DNA from: Planctomycetota bacterium
GTDB lineage: Bacteria; Planctomycetota; UBA8108; SXIK01
Length of the DNA stretch: 64,000 nucleotides
Assembly (NCBI GenBank): GCA_965223845.1
Contig: CBDCXR010000004.1
Location: 7,584,001 to 7,648,000 of the forward strand
Reading direction: 5' to 3'
Shown: in pieces, positions 8,925 through 17,725 of the stretch
Layout: every line of letters begins with the position of its first letter
Numbering within the stretch: the stretch's first letter is position 1
The notes under the pieces: generated by a model
The model's input: only the letters and a program-made list of their open reading frames with translations
Databases searched by the model: none
What the model was told of the DNA's origin: nothing
Program-made: the position numbers and the translations under genes

Positions 8925-10136
8925 GTGGTGATCGCGCGGGTCGTGTTCTGGGGGGCGGTGGGTCTCGCCGTCGTCGCGTGGTGGTGGGCGGCACCGCGAA
9001 AGGAAGGGCAGGGCGCGGTGGCCGCGCCGCTCATCGTCGGCTCCCATGGGACGCAGCCCGGAGAATTCTTCAAGCCGCGCGCCATCGCGCTCGACGCCGG
9101 AGGTCGGTTTTACGTCGTCGATCGATCGGGGCGCGTGCAGTATTTTTCGGCCGACGGGACGATCGAACGCACGTGGCACTTGCCGGACTACGAGAACGGG
9201 CAGCCGGTCGGGCTGACGGTCGAGTCCGAAGGATCGCTCCTCGTTTGCGACAGTCACTACAGCCGCGTTCTCCGCTACTCGCGCGGCGGCGAAGAGGAGC
9301 TCGCGAGATGGGGGCGATGGGGGACGGGGCCGGGCGAGTTGACGTGGGGGAGGGACGTCGTCGTCGACAGCGCGGGTTTGATTTACGTGGGTGACTACGG
9401 TGGCGGAAACGATCGCATCGTCAAGTTCGCGTCTGACGGGCGCTATCTCGCCAGCTGGGGTTCGGCCGGCGATGCGCCGGGCCAGTTTCAGCGCCCGCAG
9501 GGGATGTGCATCGAGCGCACACCCGACGCCGAGTATCTCCTCGTTGCGGACTGCTCAAATCACCGCGTGCAGAGATTCACGCTCGATGGCGAGCTCGTGC
9601 GCGTCATCGGCGCGATGGGGCGCGGACGAGGTGAGTTTCGCTACCCGATGGCAGTAGCGGTCGGACCCACGGGAGATCTCTTCGTGTGCGAATGGGGAAA
9701 CAATCGCATTCAACGCCTGTCGCCGGAGGGAGAGTGTGTCGGTTTTTGGGGCGGACCCGGGGAGGAGCCCGGCCGGTTGGCGACACCGTGGGATCTAGAG
9801 ATCGACGCGGGCGGCACGATGTATGTCGTCGACTACGGCAACCATCGGGTTCAGATCTTCGAGTGGAGCGATAGTGCGTCGGTCGAGTCAGGGCGACCGG
9901 CCGAGTCGCAGTGGACGCTTCCCGGCCTAGTCGATCGGGAGCCGCAGGGGGCGGTCGATCTTCAGTCCGCGGCGGCGATACTCTCGGGCGATCGGGAGGG
10001 TGTGGAGGCGGCGAACGACGCCGTCGAGGACGAAGACGTCGAGCCCGAGGCTCGAGTCCCGGAGCCGGTGACCCCGTCTCCCCCGGCGAGTGACGGCGCC
10101 CGTTCCCAGGTGCGTACTCTGGAGGCTGGACGATGA
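8925..10136 (+). CDS. NHL-repeat (6-bladed beta-propeller) protein with N-terminal membrane anchor
   Basis: Repeated G..PG.F..P..IA.D..G..YV.D..N.RIQ.F units (e.g. GDAPGQFQRPQGM, ADCSNHRVQRF, DYGNHRVQIF); hydrophobic N-terminus; acidic tail. Confidence 0.85.
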   Translation: MVIARVVFWGAVGLAVVAWWWAAPRKEGQGAVAAPLIVGSHGTQPGEFFKPRAIALDAGGRFYVVDRSGRVQYFSADGTIERTWHLPDYENGQPVGLTVESEGSLLVCDSHYSRVLRYSRGGEEELARWGRWGTGPGELTWGRDVVVDSAGLIYVGDYGGGNDRIVKFASDGRYLASWGSAGDAPGQFQRPQGMCIERTPDAEYLLVADCSNHRVQRFTLDGELVRVIGAMGRGRGEFRYPMAVAVGPTGDLFVCEWGNNRIQRLSPEGECVGFWGGPGEEPGRLATPWDLEIDAGGTMYVVDYGNHRVQIFEWSDSASVESGRPAESQWTLPGLVDREPQGAVDLQSAAAILSGDREGVEAANDAVEDEDVEPEARVPEPVTPSPPASDGARSQVRTLEAGR

Positions 10137-13100
10137 GTGGACTTCCGATCGCCTTTGGCTCGCCGTGGTGGTTGCTGCTCCTCCTCGGGATTCCGGTGAT
10201 CTTCGTCCTCACCCACCGCAGCCTCTCGGGGCTCCCGCGCGGTCGGAGGTACTTCGCGATTGGACTCCGAACGCTCGTCCTGCTCCTCGTGGTGAGCGCG
10301 CTCGCGGAGATGCGTTTCCTCAAGGACAACGACCGGCTCGCCGTAATCTTCGTCGCGGATCTCTCCGAGAGCATCCCGGCGGCGCAGCGCGAGGCGGAGC
10401 GGGCCTACATGGTCGCGAAGGCGCGCGAGCGCTCGCAGGCGGAGGATCTCGTCGGCGTGGTCACGTTCGGCAAGGTGCCGGGCATCGAGTGGTCACCGAA
10501 GGACGCTCCGCTTCAGCTCGAGAGCTTCACGACGATCATCGAGCCGCAGGCGACGGACATCGCCGCCGGGATCCGGCTCGCCGCGGCGGCGTTCCCGGAC
10601 GACTACGGCAAACGCATCGTCCTACTCACCGACGGCAATCAGAACCGCGGAGACGTGGTCGAGGAGATCTACAACGCGCGGGCGATGGGGATCACGGTCG
10701 ACGTCGTTCCCATCACCTACGCGTACGGAGCGGAGATCTCGGTCGACAAGATCCTCGTCGAGCCGGAGCAGCACGTCGGCGAGCCCTTCGACCTCCGTGT
10801 GGTCGTCGAGTCGACGAAGGAGACGCAGGCCGAGCTGCAGCTCTTTCAAAACGGCCAGATGGTTCCGCAGGAGAATCCGATCGTCGAACTCTCGCCGGGG
10901 AGAAATGTCTTCGACTTCACGGGTCGGCGTGTCGATTCCGTCGGGCCGGTGAACTTCGAGGCGCGTATCGATCCGGTCAACGCGGCCGACGACAACGTCT
11001 TTCAAAACAACGCGGCGGCCGGATTCACGTTCGTCGGCGGCGAGCCGAAAGTCCTCCTCTGCTCGAACGACGCCGACGGCGACGCGGGCCTCCTCCGCGC
11101 GCTGCGCGAGGAGAACATCACGGTGGACGTGGTGCCTCCGGTCGGCCTCCCGGGGGAGATTCAGGACTACCTCCAGTACGACGGGATCATCGTCTCGAAC
11201 GTCGCGGCGACTCGTCTCTCCGATGCGACCATGAAGATGTTCGAGTCCCTCGTGAAGACCGTCGGGCTCGGATTCGTGATGATCGGGGGCGACGAGAGCT
11301 TCGGGGCCGGCGCGTACAAGGGGACGCCGGTCGAACGGCTTCTCCCGGTCGAAATGGACGTGAAGAACAAGAAGATCATGCCGAACGGCGCGATCGCCTT
11401 CGTCGTTCATTCGTGCGAGCTCGGAAACGGAAACCTCTGGGCGCGGCGCGTGATTCAGCGCGGGATCCAGATCCTCTCGCCGCGTGACTTTGCGGGGGTC
11501 ATCTCCTACGAGGCCGGTACGGATCGTTGGCTCTTTCCGATGTGGAGCGTGGCGCGTCGGCGCGAGATGCTCTCGCTTCTCCGGGGTTTCAATCCGGGAG
11601 ACATGCCGTCGTTCCTCAACATCGTCGATATGGCCTATAAGGGCCTCCGGGCGACGACCGCATCGATTCGCCACATGGTGATCCTCACCGACGGCGATCC
11701 CACCCCGCCGACGACTCAGACCGTGTCTCAGATCCGAGCCGCGGGGATCACGATTTCGACGATCGTCTACGGCTCCCACGGAGTTTCACCGGTTGCGATG
11801 AAGCAGCTCGCGGCGCAGGGCGGCGGCAACTTCCACATGCTTCAGGGGCCGGATCAGCTTCCGGAGATCTTCATTCGCGAGACGACGACGATCACAAAAT
11901 CGCTGATCAACGAGGAGACGTTCACTCCGATCAAGCAGCACGGACATCCGATCCTCACCGGAGTCGGTGACGCGGGGATGCCCTCTCTCGACGGCTACGT
12001 CCTCACTTCGCCGAAGTCGCTCGCGACCGTCCCGATCGTCCACCCGCCCGTGCCGGAGGACCCCACTCTCGACCCGATCCTCGCAGCGTGGAACTACGGT
12101 CTCGGTAAGGCGGTGGCGTTCACTTCGGACAGCGGCCACCGCTGGGGCCAAGGCTGGGTGTCCTGGTCCCAGTACCGCCAGTTCTGGGGGCAGTGCGTGC
12201 GGTGGACGATGCGCTCGCGGAGCGACGATCGCTTTCGCGTAACCCGTTCGATCGCCGGGGCGACGGCGAAGCTGCACATCGACGCGCTCACTCCCGACGG
12301 AAGATTCATCAACGGACTCGACATCCAGGGTACGGTCGTTTCGCCCGACTACGAGTCCACGGGGATCACCGTCCGGCAGACCGCACCCGGCAGCTACGAA
12401 GCGTCCTTCCCGATCGCGAAGAAAGGTACCTATACCGTTACGCTCGCCTACGAGCGTGACGGAGTGCGGCAATCGTACGTCACCGGCGTGAGCGTCCCCT
12501 ATTCAGCCGAGTACCGGAAGCTGGCGACGAACCACGATCTGCTCACGAAGATCGCGGCGGCCGGCGAAGGCCGCTACATCGCCGACGTCGAAGGCGCTGA
12601 GTTTTTCAGTCGGGATTTTCCGAAGACGCGAGACGTACAAGACGTGTGGGACGCGCTCCTCATCTTCGCGGTGTGCTTCTTTTTCGTCGACGTATTCGTT
12701 CGGCGCGTCACGATCGACTATCGCCGCGCGATCGCTCGCGGCTGGGAGCGAGTTCTCGCGGTACTGATGTTCCGGCGACTAGAACCCGCTCCGACGGACG
12801 CTCGCCTCGCGACCCTCCTCGAGCGAAAGGCGAAGCTGCGCGAGGCGACGGAGAGCCGCTATCGAGCCGCGGAGGAGCGCGCGGCGCGCGGCGAGACGGT
12901 CGTTCGTCCCGCGAAGGACGGGACGACCGGGCCGCGAGTCGCTCGACCGGCGTCTCCCCCCGCCGGGGCGGATGACGCATCGAGCGAAGAAGCCGCCCGC
13001 GCGGCGGACGAAACGCTGGCCGCGTTCTCGGGGCGGCCGTCCTCGTCGGCGGGCAAGTCGGACGATGCCGCGAAGGCGGACGGGGCCAAACCCGAGGCGG

Positions 13101-13204
13101 AAGAGAAGAAACCTCCGGAGCCATCGGGCGGCGCGTACACCGCGCGACTGCTCGAGGCCAAGAAACGAGCGCTCAAGGACAAGGAAGACCAGGGAGACCG
13201 CTGA
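10133..13204 (+). CDS. Membrane protein with vWA, glutamine-amidotransferase-like and second vWA domains
   Basis: N-terminal TMs, MIDAS DLSES, RIVLLTDGNQN, GFVMIGGDESFGAGAYKGTPVERLLPV, HMVILTDG, WNYGLGKAVAFTSD, and a C-terminal TM with DVFVRR. Confidence 0.85.
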   Translation: MSGLPIAFGSPWWLLLLLGIPVIFVLTHRSLSGLPRGRRYFAIGLRTLVLLLVVSALAEMRFLKDNDRLAVIFVADLSESIPAAQREAERAYMVAKARERSQAEDLVGVVTFGKVPGIEWSPKDAPLQLESFTTIIEPQATDIAAGIRLAAAAFPDDYGKRIVLLTDGNQNRGDVVEEIYNARAMGITVDVVPITYAYGAEISVDKILVEPEQHVGEPFDLRVVVESTKETQAELQLFQNGQMVPQENPIVELSPGRNVFDFTGRRVDSVGPVNFEARIDPVNAADDNVFQNNAAAGFTFVGGEPKVLLCSNDADGDAGLLRALREENITVDVVPPVGLPGEIQDYLQYDGIIVSNVAATRLSDATMKMFESLVKTVGLGFVMIGGDESFGAGAYKGTPVERLLPVEMDVKNKKIMPNGAIAFVVHSCELGNGNLWARRVIQRGIQILSPRDFAGVISYEAGTDRWLFPMWSVARRREMLSLLRGFNPGDMPSFLNIVDMAYKGLRATTASIRHMVILTDGDPTPPTTQTVSQIRAAGITISTIVYGSHGVSPVAMKQLAAQGGGNFHMLQGPDQLPEIFIRETTTITKSLINEETFTPIKQHGHPILTGVGDAGMPSLDGYVLTSPKSLATVPIVHPPVPEDPTLDPILAAWNYGLGKAVAFTSDSGHRWGQGWVSWSQYRQFWGQCVRWTMRSRSDDRFRVTRSIAGATAKLHIDALTPDGRFINGLDIQGTVVSPDYESTGITVRQTAPGSYEASFPIAKKGTYTVTLAYERDGVRQSYVTGVSVPYSAEYRKLATNHDLLTKIAAAGEGRYIADVEGAEFFSRDFPKTRDVQDVWDALLIFAVCFFFVDVFVRRVTIDYRRAIARGWERVLAVLMFRRLEPAPTDARLATLLERKAKLREATESRYRAAEERAARGETVVRPAKDGTTGPRVARPASPPAGADDASSEEAARAADETLAAFSGRPSSSAGKSDDAAKADGAKPEAEEKKPPEPSGGAYTARLLEAKKRALKDKEDQGDR

Positions 13205-14209
13205 ATGAGCACCGTGAACACCGAGGAGATGGCGGCGAAAGCGGCCGAGTTCCGCGACAAGTTCAAATCCGTCCGGGACGAAGTCGCCAAGATGATCGTC
13301 GGCCAGACGGAGATCATCGACGACGTTCTCATCGCTCTCTTCGCGGGTGGCAATTGCCTGCTCGAAGGCGTGCCCGGCCTCGGAAAGACGCTGCTGGTTC
13401 GCACGCTGAGCGAGGTCCTCGATCTCTCGTTCTCCCGCATCCAATTCACGCCCGATCTCATGCCCGCGGACATCATCGGGACGACGATCGTGTCGGTTGA
13501 CGACGAAGGGCGGCGGAGCTTCCAGTTCCAGCGTGGTCCGATCTTCGGGCAGATCGTACTCGCCGACGAAGTGAACCGAGCGACGCCGAAGACGCAATCC
13601 GCGCTGCTCGAGGCGATGCAGGAAAAGAGCGTGACCGTCGGCGGTGAGAACCACGTCCTCCAGCAACCGTTCACCGTTCTTGCGACGCAAAACCCCCTCG
13701 AGATGGACGGGACGTATCCACTCCCCGAAGCGCAGCTCGATCGCTTCATGTTCAAGCTGCTCGTTCGGTATCCGTCGCGAGAGGATCTTTCGACGGTGCT
13801 CGATCGCACGGTCGATCCCTACGATGGCGCGCGGGAGCGCATCATGGACGGCCCCGAGATCGAGGAGTGGAAGACGCTCGTGCGGCAGGTCGTCGTCGCT
13901 CCGCACGTCAAGGACTACGCGGTCCGCCTCGTTCTCGCGACCCACCCGGGAAGCGACTACGCGACCGAGAAGGTCAACCAGTACGTGCGCTACGGCTCGA
14001 GTCCCCGCGGTGCGCAGGCTTTGCTGCTCTCGGCGAAGATCCACGCGCTGCTCGACGCCCGCTACAACTCGAGCTTTCAGGATGTGAAGCGATCAGCCCA
14101 TGCGGTCCTTCGCCATCGCATCCTGCTCAATTTTGAAGGCGAAGCGGAATCGGTCGACACCGACACGGTGATCGACGAAGTCATCGCGAAGGTCGCGGAC
14201 ACCGAGTAG
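13205..14209 (+). CDS. moxR: MoxR family AAA+ ATPase
   Basis: Motifs LEGVPGLGKT, RIQFTPDLMPADI, LADEVNRATPKTQSALLEAMQE, ATQNP.E..GTYPLPEAQLDRF and SPR. Confidence 0.95.
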   Translation: MSTVNTEEMAAKAAEFRDKFKSVRDEVAKMIVGQTEIIDDVLIALFAGGNCLLEGVPGLGKTLLVRTLSEVLDLSFSRIQFTPDLMPADIIGTTIVSVDDEGRRSFQFQRGPIFGQIVLADEVNRATPKTQSALLEAMQEKSVTVGGENHVLQQPFTVLATQNPLEMDGTYPLPEAQLDRFMFKLLVRYPSREDLSTVLDRTVDPYDGARERIMDGPEIEEWKTLVRQVVVAPHVKDYAVRLVLATHPGSDYATEKVNQYVRYGSSPRGAQALLLSAKIHALLDARYNSSFQDVKRSAHAVLRHRILLNFEGEAESVDTDTVIDEVIAKVADTE

Positions 14210-14213
14210 GCCC

Positions 14214-15113
14214 GTGAAGACCGAAAAGCGTCTCCTCGACGAGGATTTCATCGCGAAGATCGAGCAGCTCGAGCTCGTCTCCAAGCGCGTCGTCGCCGGC
14301 CTTCTGAAGGGCGACCGCTTGTCGAAGCGGCGCGGGTACTCGAATGAATTCGCCGACTTTCGCGCGTACGTTCCGGGAGATGATCTGCGTTACCTCGATT
14401 GGAACGTCTACAGTCGACTCGACCGGCTGTTCATTAAGATCTTTCTCGAGGAAGAGGATCTTCGCCTCAGCATCCTGATCGACCGAAGTCCGTCGATGGA
14501 CTACGGTGATCCGAACAAGTTTCTCTTCGCGAAGCAGCTCGCCGCCGCGCTCGGATACATCGGACTCGTCAACCAGGACCGCGTCCAGGTTGCGGGATTC
14601 GCTCAGACGCTCCAGCCGATCTTTGGCCCCTCGCGCGGGCGCCGCCAGGCGCGCCGACTCTTCGACGTGCTGCAGAATCTCGAGTGCGACGACGCGCCGG
14701 GAACGGATCTCTCGGTCGCGTGCCGCCGATTCGCGCAGTCGCTCCGCGGCGGCGGAATCGTCGTGCTCGTCTCCGACCTCTTGGACCGCCAGGGATTCGA
14801 GGGCGCGCTGCGCTACTTGCTCGCGGCGGGGCGCGCGAGCGAGATCCTCGTGTTCCACGTCCTCAGTCCGGAGGAACTCTCGCCTCAGCTCACGGGCGAC
14901 CTTCGACTCGTCGACGTCGAAGACGGTGCCGTCTCGGAGATCTCGATCAGCTCCCGTCTTCTCGATCGCTACCAGAAGACTCTCGCGACGTTTTGCGCGG
15001 AAGTGAGGGAGTATTGTTCTGCGCGGGGAATGCACTACGTGCCGACGTCGAGCGCGCAGCCGTTCTCGGATCTCGTCCTCGGCTACCTCAGGCGGCGGGG
15101 ACTCGTGCGATGA
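14214..15113 (+). CDS. DUF58 domain protein
   Basis: G.S.EFADFRAYVPGDDLRYLDWN, K.F.EE, LIDRSPSM and LVSD; directly follows moxR. Confidence 0.92.
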   Translation: MKTEKRLLDEDFIAKIEQLELVSKRVVAGLLKGDRLSKRRGYSNEFADFRAYVPGDDLRYLDWNVYSRLDRLFIKIFLEEEDLRLSILIDRSPSMDYGDPNKFLFAKQLAAALGYIGLVNQDRVQVAGFAQTLQPIFGPSRGRRQARRLFDVLQNLECDDAPGTDLSVACRRFAQSLRGGGIVVLVSDLLDRQGFEGALRYLLAAGRASEILVFHVLSPEELSPQLTGDLRLVDVEDGAVSEISISSRLLDRYQKTLATFCAEVREYCSARGMHYVPTSSAQPFSDLVLGYLRRRGLVR

Positions 15114-15202
15114 CGTGGACGCATCTCAGCTTGCGCCTCGATCGTGAACGGCGGATCCGCGCGCGCGAGCACGCACCTCGTTCGGAGTCGACTGAGCGAT
15201 GA
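15110..15202 (+). other. 30-codon mini-ORF (MTWTHLSL...) bracketed by a 14-bp imperfect direct repeat; may be non-functional
   Basis: ATGA overlap with both the DUF58 stop and the next start; GCGATGACGTGGAC (15107-15120) versus GCGATGACCTGGAC (15196-15209). Confidence 0.35.
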
Positions 15203-17142
15203 CCTGGACTCCGATCTACTGGCTTCTCCTCTTCCTTCCGGCGTTGATCGCGCTCTATTTCCTCAAGCTGAAGCGCGTAGAGGCCGTCGTCTCGAGCACG
15301 ATCCTCTGGCGGCGCTCGGTCGAGGATCTGCATGTGAACGCGCCGTTTCAGAAACTGAGGCGGAGCCTCCTCCTCCTTCTTCAGCTCCTCATTCTCGCCG
15401 CGTTGATCATCGCGCTCTGGCGGCCCCGTTCGGTCGGCGAGCTCGAAGCGGGGCGCAATATGCTGCTTCTCATCGACCGCTCGGCGAGCATGTCCGCTGA
15501 AGATGGCGACGGGACGAGGCTCGACGCGGCGAAGGCCCGCGCGCGCGAGTTGATCGAGGCGATGAAATCGGGGGACCGTGCCGCCGTCCTGACGTTCGCG
15601 GCGCGGACGCAAACGATCGAACCGATCACGAGCGATACCGGATCGCTTCTCCGTGCCGTCGAGTCGATCGAGGTGACGGCCGCACCCACGAATCTCGTCC
15701 AAGCATTGACGGTCGCCGGCGCGCTTGCCGACGCGCTTCCCGGAAGCGTCGTGCAGGTGCTCGGAGACGGCTGTTATGTCGATCCAGAGACGCTCCCCGA
15801 AGAGGTGAAGCGTCAGAACGTCCAGTTTCACAGTTCGGCGACGGCGATCGACAATGTCGCGATCGTCGACGCGGACGTCCGGCACACGTTCGAAACGCGC
15901 CAGAGAACCGAGGTTCTCGCCGTCGTCGAAAACGCGGGCGCGAGCGAGTGGAAGGGAACCGTCGGAATCTACTTCGAACCGGACGAATCGCCGGACGGGG
16001 ACGACGGGGGGCCGACGCTCCGCGACGCGGACGAGCTCACGATCCCACCGGGTCAATCGAGGCCGGCTCTCTTCGACGCGAGTGAGTACGGCGCCGGGAT
16101 GGCGAGGATCGAGATCGACGCCGGAGACGGGCTCGGCGTCGACGACCGCGCCTGGGTGAGGATCGACTTCCCCGACCCCGTGCGGGTCAAGTTCGTCGGG
16201 GTAGAGAACGAGTGGATCGAGCTCGTTCTCAAAGCGAGTCGGCGGGTTCGCTCCAGTCGGCTCACGCTCGCCGAATACGAGGACGCGGTGCGCGGAGTCG
16301 CGCGCGACGACGTGAGCGAGACTCTCGCCGCCGACGTGGTGATCTTCGATCGCGAAGCCCCGAGCGCGCTACCGGTGTTGCCGTCCCTCTTCATCGGGTG
16401 CGTCCCTCCGCTCCCGCTATTCGAGAAGCGAACCGCCGTCGAGTATCCGCAGATCATCGACAAGGACGGCAATCACCCCGTCAACCGCTTCCTCACGTAC
16501 ACTGATCTCTCGATCGAGAAGGCGTCGATCTTTCCCGAGTCGAACGAGCTCCGTCCGATCGTGCACTCGGACGAGGGGCCGCTCGTCGCGACGCTCCACC
16601 ATCGCGAACCGGGTGCATCGCCGGTTCCGTACCTGCTCGTCGGGTTCAACATCCTCGACTCGAACTGGCCGCTGGGGCACTACTCGTTCCCGATTTTCTT
16701 CGCGAACGCCGTCGAGTGGCTCCGCCGTGAGGAGGGAGGTGCGCAGAGCCGGTTTCGAACGGGCGAACCGCTCGTCTTCCGTCCTCCGCGCGGAGAGGAC
16801 GAAGCGGATTGGGCGGCCGCGCGCATTCAGACTCCGAGCGGGGCGACTCGCATCCCGACGCGCGATGAGGACGGCGCCATCGTCCTCGCGTCGACGAACG
16901 AGGTAGGGCTCTACAGCATCCTCGCGGGTGACGCGCGGAGAGCGCGGGTGGCCGTCGGACTCCTCAGCTCGGCGGAGTCCCGACTTTCCCCGCGGGAGAA
17001 GATCAACTTCGGCGCCTACGAGGTCACGGTCTCCACCGAAGCCGAACAGGGGACGACCCACTACTGGAAGTGGTTCGCCTTGGCTGCAGTTCTCGTTCTC
17101 TTCGGCGAATGGTACGTGTACAACCGGCGATTGGGGATGTGA
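15199..17142 (+). CDS. BatA-like N-terminal domain plus vWA membrane protein
   Basis: LYFLKLKR...VSSTILW...LLLLLQLL (BatA-like N-terminus), MIDAS DRSASM, GDG, and a C-terminal TM with EWYVYNRR. Confidence 0.88.
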   Translation: MTWTPIYWLLLFLPALIALYFLKLKRVEAVVSSTILWRRSVEDLHVNAPFQKLRRSLLLLLQLLILAALIIALWRPRSVGELEAGRNMLLLIDRSASMSAEDGDGTRLDAAKARARELIEAMKSGDRAAVLTFAARTQTIEPITSDTGSLLRAVESIEVTAAPTNLVQALTVAGALADALPGSVVQVLGDGCYVDPETLPEEVKRQNVQFHSSATAIDNVAIVDADVRHTFETRQRTEVLAVVENAGASEWKGTVGIYFEPDESPDGDDGGPTLRDADELTIPPGQSRPALFDASEYGAGMARIEIDAGDGLGVDDRAWVRIDFPDPVRVKFVGVENEWIELVLKASRRVRSSRLTLAEYEDAVRGVARDDVSETLAADVVIFDREAPSALPVLPSLFIGCVPPLPLFEKRTAVEYPQIIDKDGNHPVNRFLTYTDLSIEKASIFPESNELRPIVHSDEGPLVATLHHREPGASPVPYLLVGFNILDSNWPLGHYSFPIFFANAVEWLRREEGGAQSRFRTGEPLVFRPPRGEDEADWAAARIQTPSGATRIPTRDEDGAIVLASTNEVGLYSILAGDARRARVAVGLLSSAESRLSPREKINFGAYEVTVSTEAEQGTTHYWKWFALAAVLVLFGEWYVYNRRLGM

Positions 17143-17314
17143 GCGCCGCCGCTCGTCCGCTGAAATCCTGCTAACCCGGATTTCTCACCAGAATGGGTGA
17201 GCGCAGCGGCGAGCCGCCGTAGAATCGTAGCGATGCTCGGCGAACGCCATCGGCGACCAACCGGAAACGCTGAACTCATCCTCCGTTTCGCTCACGGAGC
17301 AACCGACTCGAACG

Positions 17315-17671
17315 ATGGATCCCTGCCCGCACTGCGGAGAACCGGTCGCTCCTCACGCTGAGGCTTGCCCTCACTGCGGGAGCGATTTCGAGACGGGGTG
17401 GAACCCCGATGCGGAGTACTACTCCGTCGAGCTCCCAGAGTTCGACGACGACGACGTGCTCGAGGTGGGTGAGTCGCGAAAGGAGCCCGCGCCCGTCAAT
17501 ATCGAACCGATCGTCGGGTCGGTCCTCGTCGCGGTCTCGGCGCTCGGCTTCGTCTTCATCACTCGGGCGGTGGAAAATCCGACGGGCATGCTCGCCGTCG
17601 TCCTCCTCTGCGCGAGCTATTTCGTCTACTCGACGCAGGTGCGCTCCCAGAGTCGCGAACGGTTTCGGTAG
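17315..17671 (+). CDS. Small zinc-ribbon membrane protein
   Basis: CPHCG...CPHCG, an acidic linker and two hydrophobic C-terminal helices; GGAG upstream. Confidence 0.75.
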   Translation: MDPCPHCGEPVAPHAEACPHCGSDFETGWNPDAEYYSVELPEFDDDDVLEVGESRKEPAPVNIEPIVGSVLVAVSALGFVFITRAVENPTGMLAVVLLCASYFVYSTQVRSQSRERFR

Positions 17672-17725
17672 ACAAAGCTCATCGACGGATCGCGCGGGAC
17701 CGGTTCCCGCCGCGGGGCGCGTGGA

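Noticed and set aside
8925-10136. NHL protein as a PAL partner of the PHM-like enzyme at 55434 (peptide amidation system)
   Set aside because: The genes are 45 kb apart, the NHL gene belongs to the MoxR operon, and PAL catalytic residues could not be verified.
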